Virus record (IMG/VR): IMGVR_UViG_3300030503_000465
Length of the DNA stretch: 53,436 bases
Strand: one strand, 5' to 3'
DNA from: a virus
A program made the translations under genes and the position numbers. This document shows, piece after piece, positions 51,410 through 53,436 of the stretch (within the stretch, counting starts at the first letter, position 1; each line of letters opens with the position of its first letter). The notes beneath the pieces are model-generated. The model was not told the DNA's origin. It searched no databases and saw nothing but the letters and a program-made list of their open reading frames with translations.

Positions 51410-52372
51410 TTAATCAGGTACATCAGATGTGTTTAATGAAGTTCCGTATAGTACTGTTTCGCTATTCCATCCAATTTGAACGTCAGCTTTCATTAGCATT
51501 TTGATAAAGAATAACTCTGAATTAGCCTGTAAACGCTGTAACTGCAAACCTTCATCTGCAATAGAGTTTAAACCAACCCAAAGGTTGCTGCTCATGTCGG
51601 GACGGCCTTTAGCTATAAAATAGCAGTTATCAGGAAAGTCCGCAATCTTTTCAACCTTGCGCCCCTTGAACATTGGTATGCCGTCAACGGTAGTATCAAC
51701 GCCTTTATAGGTTTGGTTGATCTGTGATTGAGCATACAGGTCATACGTATTGTATGAGCAGTAAAACTTCATATCAGGATCGTAACGCAAAGCTGGCGGA
51801 ATAACCTGGTATCCGCGCAAAAACTCACCCTGGATATTTGAGGCGGTCAACGTTGTTGGTGAAGATACCGCTATCGTATCTGATGCGTTTTGTGCCTTTT
51901 GCAGAAATCCGTCAAAATAACGGAATATGCTTGGTGCCGCAAAAGTAGTGCTCGAGTTCCATATAGCTTGGTTAAAATATTTAGTGTGGCGTTTTAAAAC
52001 TTCCTGAACAACAACCGATTCAACACTGTACGGTAACGCACGGTCGATAAGGGTATCGTTTAGTTGGGTTGCAAACCAATGGTCTTCATAATCACGCGGG
52101 TTAAACTCGGTATATATCATGTAATCGGCAGGGTCTAAAACCTGTCCGGTTACAGTCATTGTACCCTTACTTTGCGGGGTTGCCTGTCTGTCCTGGATAA
52201 AATCCTGGTAATCGGCATCCCAGCGGGGGATAGTGAACTTCTTTTTTATACCGTCCTTAACATAAACATTACCGCCCTGAATAGTATCGGCACCTGTTAT
52301 TGCTTTAACGATAAACTGCGATGCGGCCTCGCCTGCATACGTGGTGTCTGATATGATAAATCCGTCAGCCAT
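51410..52372 (-). CDS. Major capsid protein.
   Basis: 320 aa, directly downstream of the protease-scaffold gene. Confidence 0.7.
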   Translation of the reverse strand: MADGFIISDTTYAGEAASQFIVKAITGADTIQGGNVYVKDGIKKKFTIPRWDADYQDFIQDRQATPQSKGTMTVTGQVLDPADYMIYTEFNPRDYEDHWFATQLNDTLIDRALPYSVESVVVQEVLKRHTKYFNQAIWNSSTTFAAPSIFRYFDGFLQKAQNASDTIAVSSPTTLTASNIQGEFLRGYQVIPPALRYDPDMKFYCSYNTYDLYAQSQINQTYKGVDTTVDGIPMFKGRKVEKIADFPDNCYFIAKGRPDMSSNLWVGLNSIADEGLQLQRLQANSELFFIKMLMKADVQIGWNSETVLYGTSLNTSDVPD

Positions 52373-52374
52373 GA

Positions 52375-53436
52375 TTAGTTATTGTTTTTTGAGTTATATT
52401 TCGCGGCTATTTGAGCCATTACGATACCTACTGATAACGCCGGGCGATCTCCTTCGATCTTATTAATAACAGGTGCTTTTTTAGTAAGTGGTAAGTTTTC
52501 GATCTGCTCTTTTGTCATATCAAAATCAACCTTTGCCAGTCCTGTCCAGAAGTCAACCGTTTTAGCGTCGTCTTTTATGCGCCCTGCCTGTACGAAACCC
52601 GAAATCATGTTTTTGCACTTTTCAGTGTTCATCGCATCTTCCGCGTCGGCTTTTTCCTTTTTCAAGTCCATAACCTCGGTTTCCATTTTTGTTTTGTCGG
52701 CTGCAAGGGAATCTTTTTCTTTAGACAATGCGTCCTTTTCCTTTTTCAAAGCATCCATCTCTTCGTCGATGTCGTCCTTTGCTTTTTGGAGTTTGGCGAG
52801 TTTGTCCTCTAAGGCTTTCTTTTCATCCTTCGCCTTATTTTCGATGGCAACAATCGAGGCAAGTATGCTATCCTCGCTGGCATCCGCCTGTAAATTTAGT
52901 TTGTTAGTTACTAACTTCATTTTGACTGTTGTTTTAGTGTCAATTAGTTTATTTAAAATTTTATTAGCCTCTTTATGAAAGGCGGTAGTTTCTGTAAATG
53001 ATGAGAGGCGCTTTTTGTTGTGGTCTGCGCTATCCTCTATTTTATCGCACATCCCATAAGCCAATGCTTCCTGTGCAGTGATGTAAGTTTCCTTTTTCAT
53101 CATAGCCAGTATATCATCTTCGGTTTTGCCGCTACGGGCAACCATTTTTGATATACTGTCTTTCATTATCTGCAAGGCTTTCGGATCATCCCCGCCGAAT
53201 GGGTTGTGGTACATTAACCAGCTAAAATCCATCATGGTACGTGTGCGCCCTGCCTGAAATATAACTGCTGCTATGCTCGCCATGCAACCGACACCAACCG
53301 TGTCAACCTTTGTTTGTGTGCGGAGTATTGCGGAGTAAATATTATACCCATCCATTACAACGCCGCCGGGTGAGTTAATCCAAACTTGTATACTGTCCGG
53401 CTTCATGGCATCCAATGCCATTAACTCGCTCATGAA
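52375..53436 (-). CDS. ClpP/S49-like prohead protease fused to a coiled-coil scaffold domain. The true start is 37 codons further upstream, at window position 235.
   Basis: WINSPGGVVMDGYNIY...GCMASIAAVIF is the serine protease core. The C-terminal KEKDALSKEKDSLAADKTKMETE is coiled coil. Confidence 0.8.
   Translation of the reverse strand, partial: FMSELMALDAMKPDSIQVWINSPGGVVMDGYNIYSAILRTQTKVDTVGVGCMASIAAVIFQAGRTRTMMDFSWLMYHNPFGGDDPKALQIMKDSISKMVARSGKTEDDILAMMKKETYITAQEALAYGMCDKIEDSADHNKKRLSSFTETTAFHKEANKILNKLIDTKTTVKMKLVTNKLNLQADASEDSILASIVAIENKAKDEKKALEDKLAKLQKAKDDIDEEMDALKKEKDALSKEKDSLAADKTKMETEVMDLKKEKADAEDAMNTEKCKNMISGFVQAGRIKDDAKTVDFWTGLAKVDFDMTKEQIENLPLTKKAPVINKIEGDRPALSVGIVMAQIAAKYNSKNNN
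53310..53436. repeat. 127-bp terminal direct repeat, copy 2.
   Basis: Identical to 1..127. Confidence 0.95.

Overview
The window is one complete, circularly closed genome of a tailed phage with a contractile tail. Bases 1..127 are identical to 53310..53436, so the unique length is 53,309 bp. That 127-bp overlap is most simply an assembly overlap. The prohead protease gene runs across this junction.

The host is probably a Bacteroidota, possibly Sphingobacteriia-like. The evidence is many TAnnTTTG -7 promoter boxes, no Shine-Dalgarno sequences, signal peptides ending in AQQ or GQQ, and roughly 40% GC.

Most genes lie on the minus strand:
- Packaging and head genes: terS, terL, portal, Mu-F-like protein, ClpP-like protease-scaffold fusion, major capsid.
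- Tail genes: sheath, tube, chaperone with a -1 frameshift, tape measure, gpD-like hub, gpV-like spike, and two separate fibre loci.
- Lysis genes: GH25 endolysin and a holin-like protein.
- Replication and recombination genes: Red-beta/Bet annealase, PD-(D/E)xK nucleases, a P-loop initiator/helicase, a split PIF1/RecD-like helicase, and YopX.

Four plus-strand blocks hold early or accessory genes: 20344-23740, 26047-28198, 32166-38637 and 40641-43478. I recognised no integrase, repressor, polymerase, complete tRNA or CRISPR array.

The most unusual content, in rough order:
1. A self-contained cassette encoding a protein with 49 consecutive Cys-X-(Gly/Asp) triplets, from a 9-bp tandem array.
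2. A protein with twelve near-identical octapeptide repeats that resemble ice-nucleation protein repeats.
3. A plus-strand island with a ribbon-helix-helix (RHH) regulator and two glycosyltransferases, inserted in the baseplate module.
4. A DUF551-like gene interrupted by exactly 160 nt that carries a GC-rich palindromic hairpin.
5. A dense array of repeated ACAAACTT motifs (iterons) next to the replication genes.
6. Two free-standing homing endonucleases.
7. A consistent promoter grammar, including TATATTTG boxes 3-5 nt from start codons, which would give leaderless mRNAs.

All functional calls rest on motif recognition by eye and on gene order. No database search was run.
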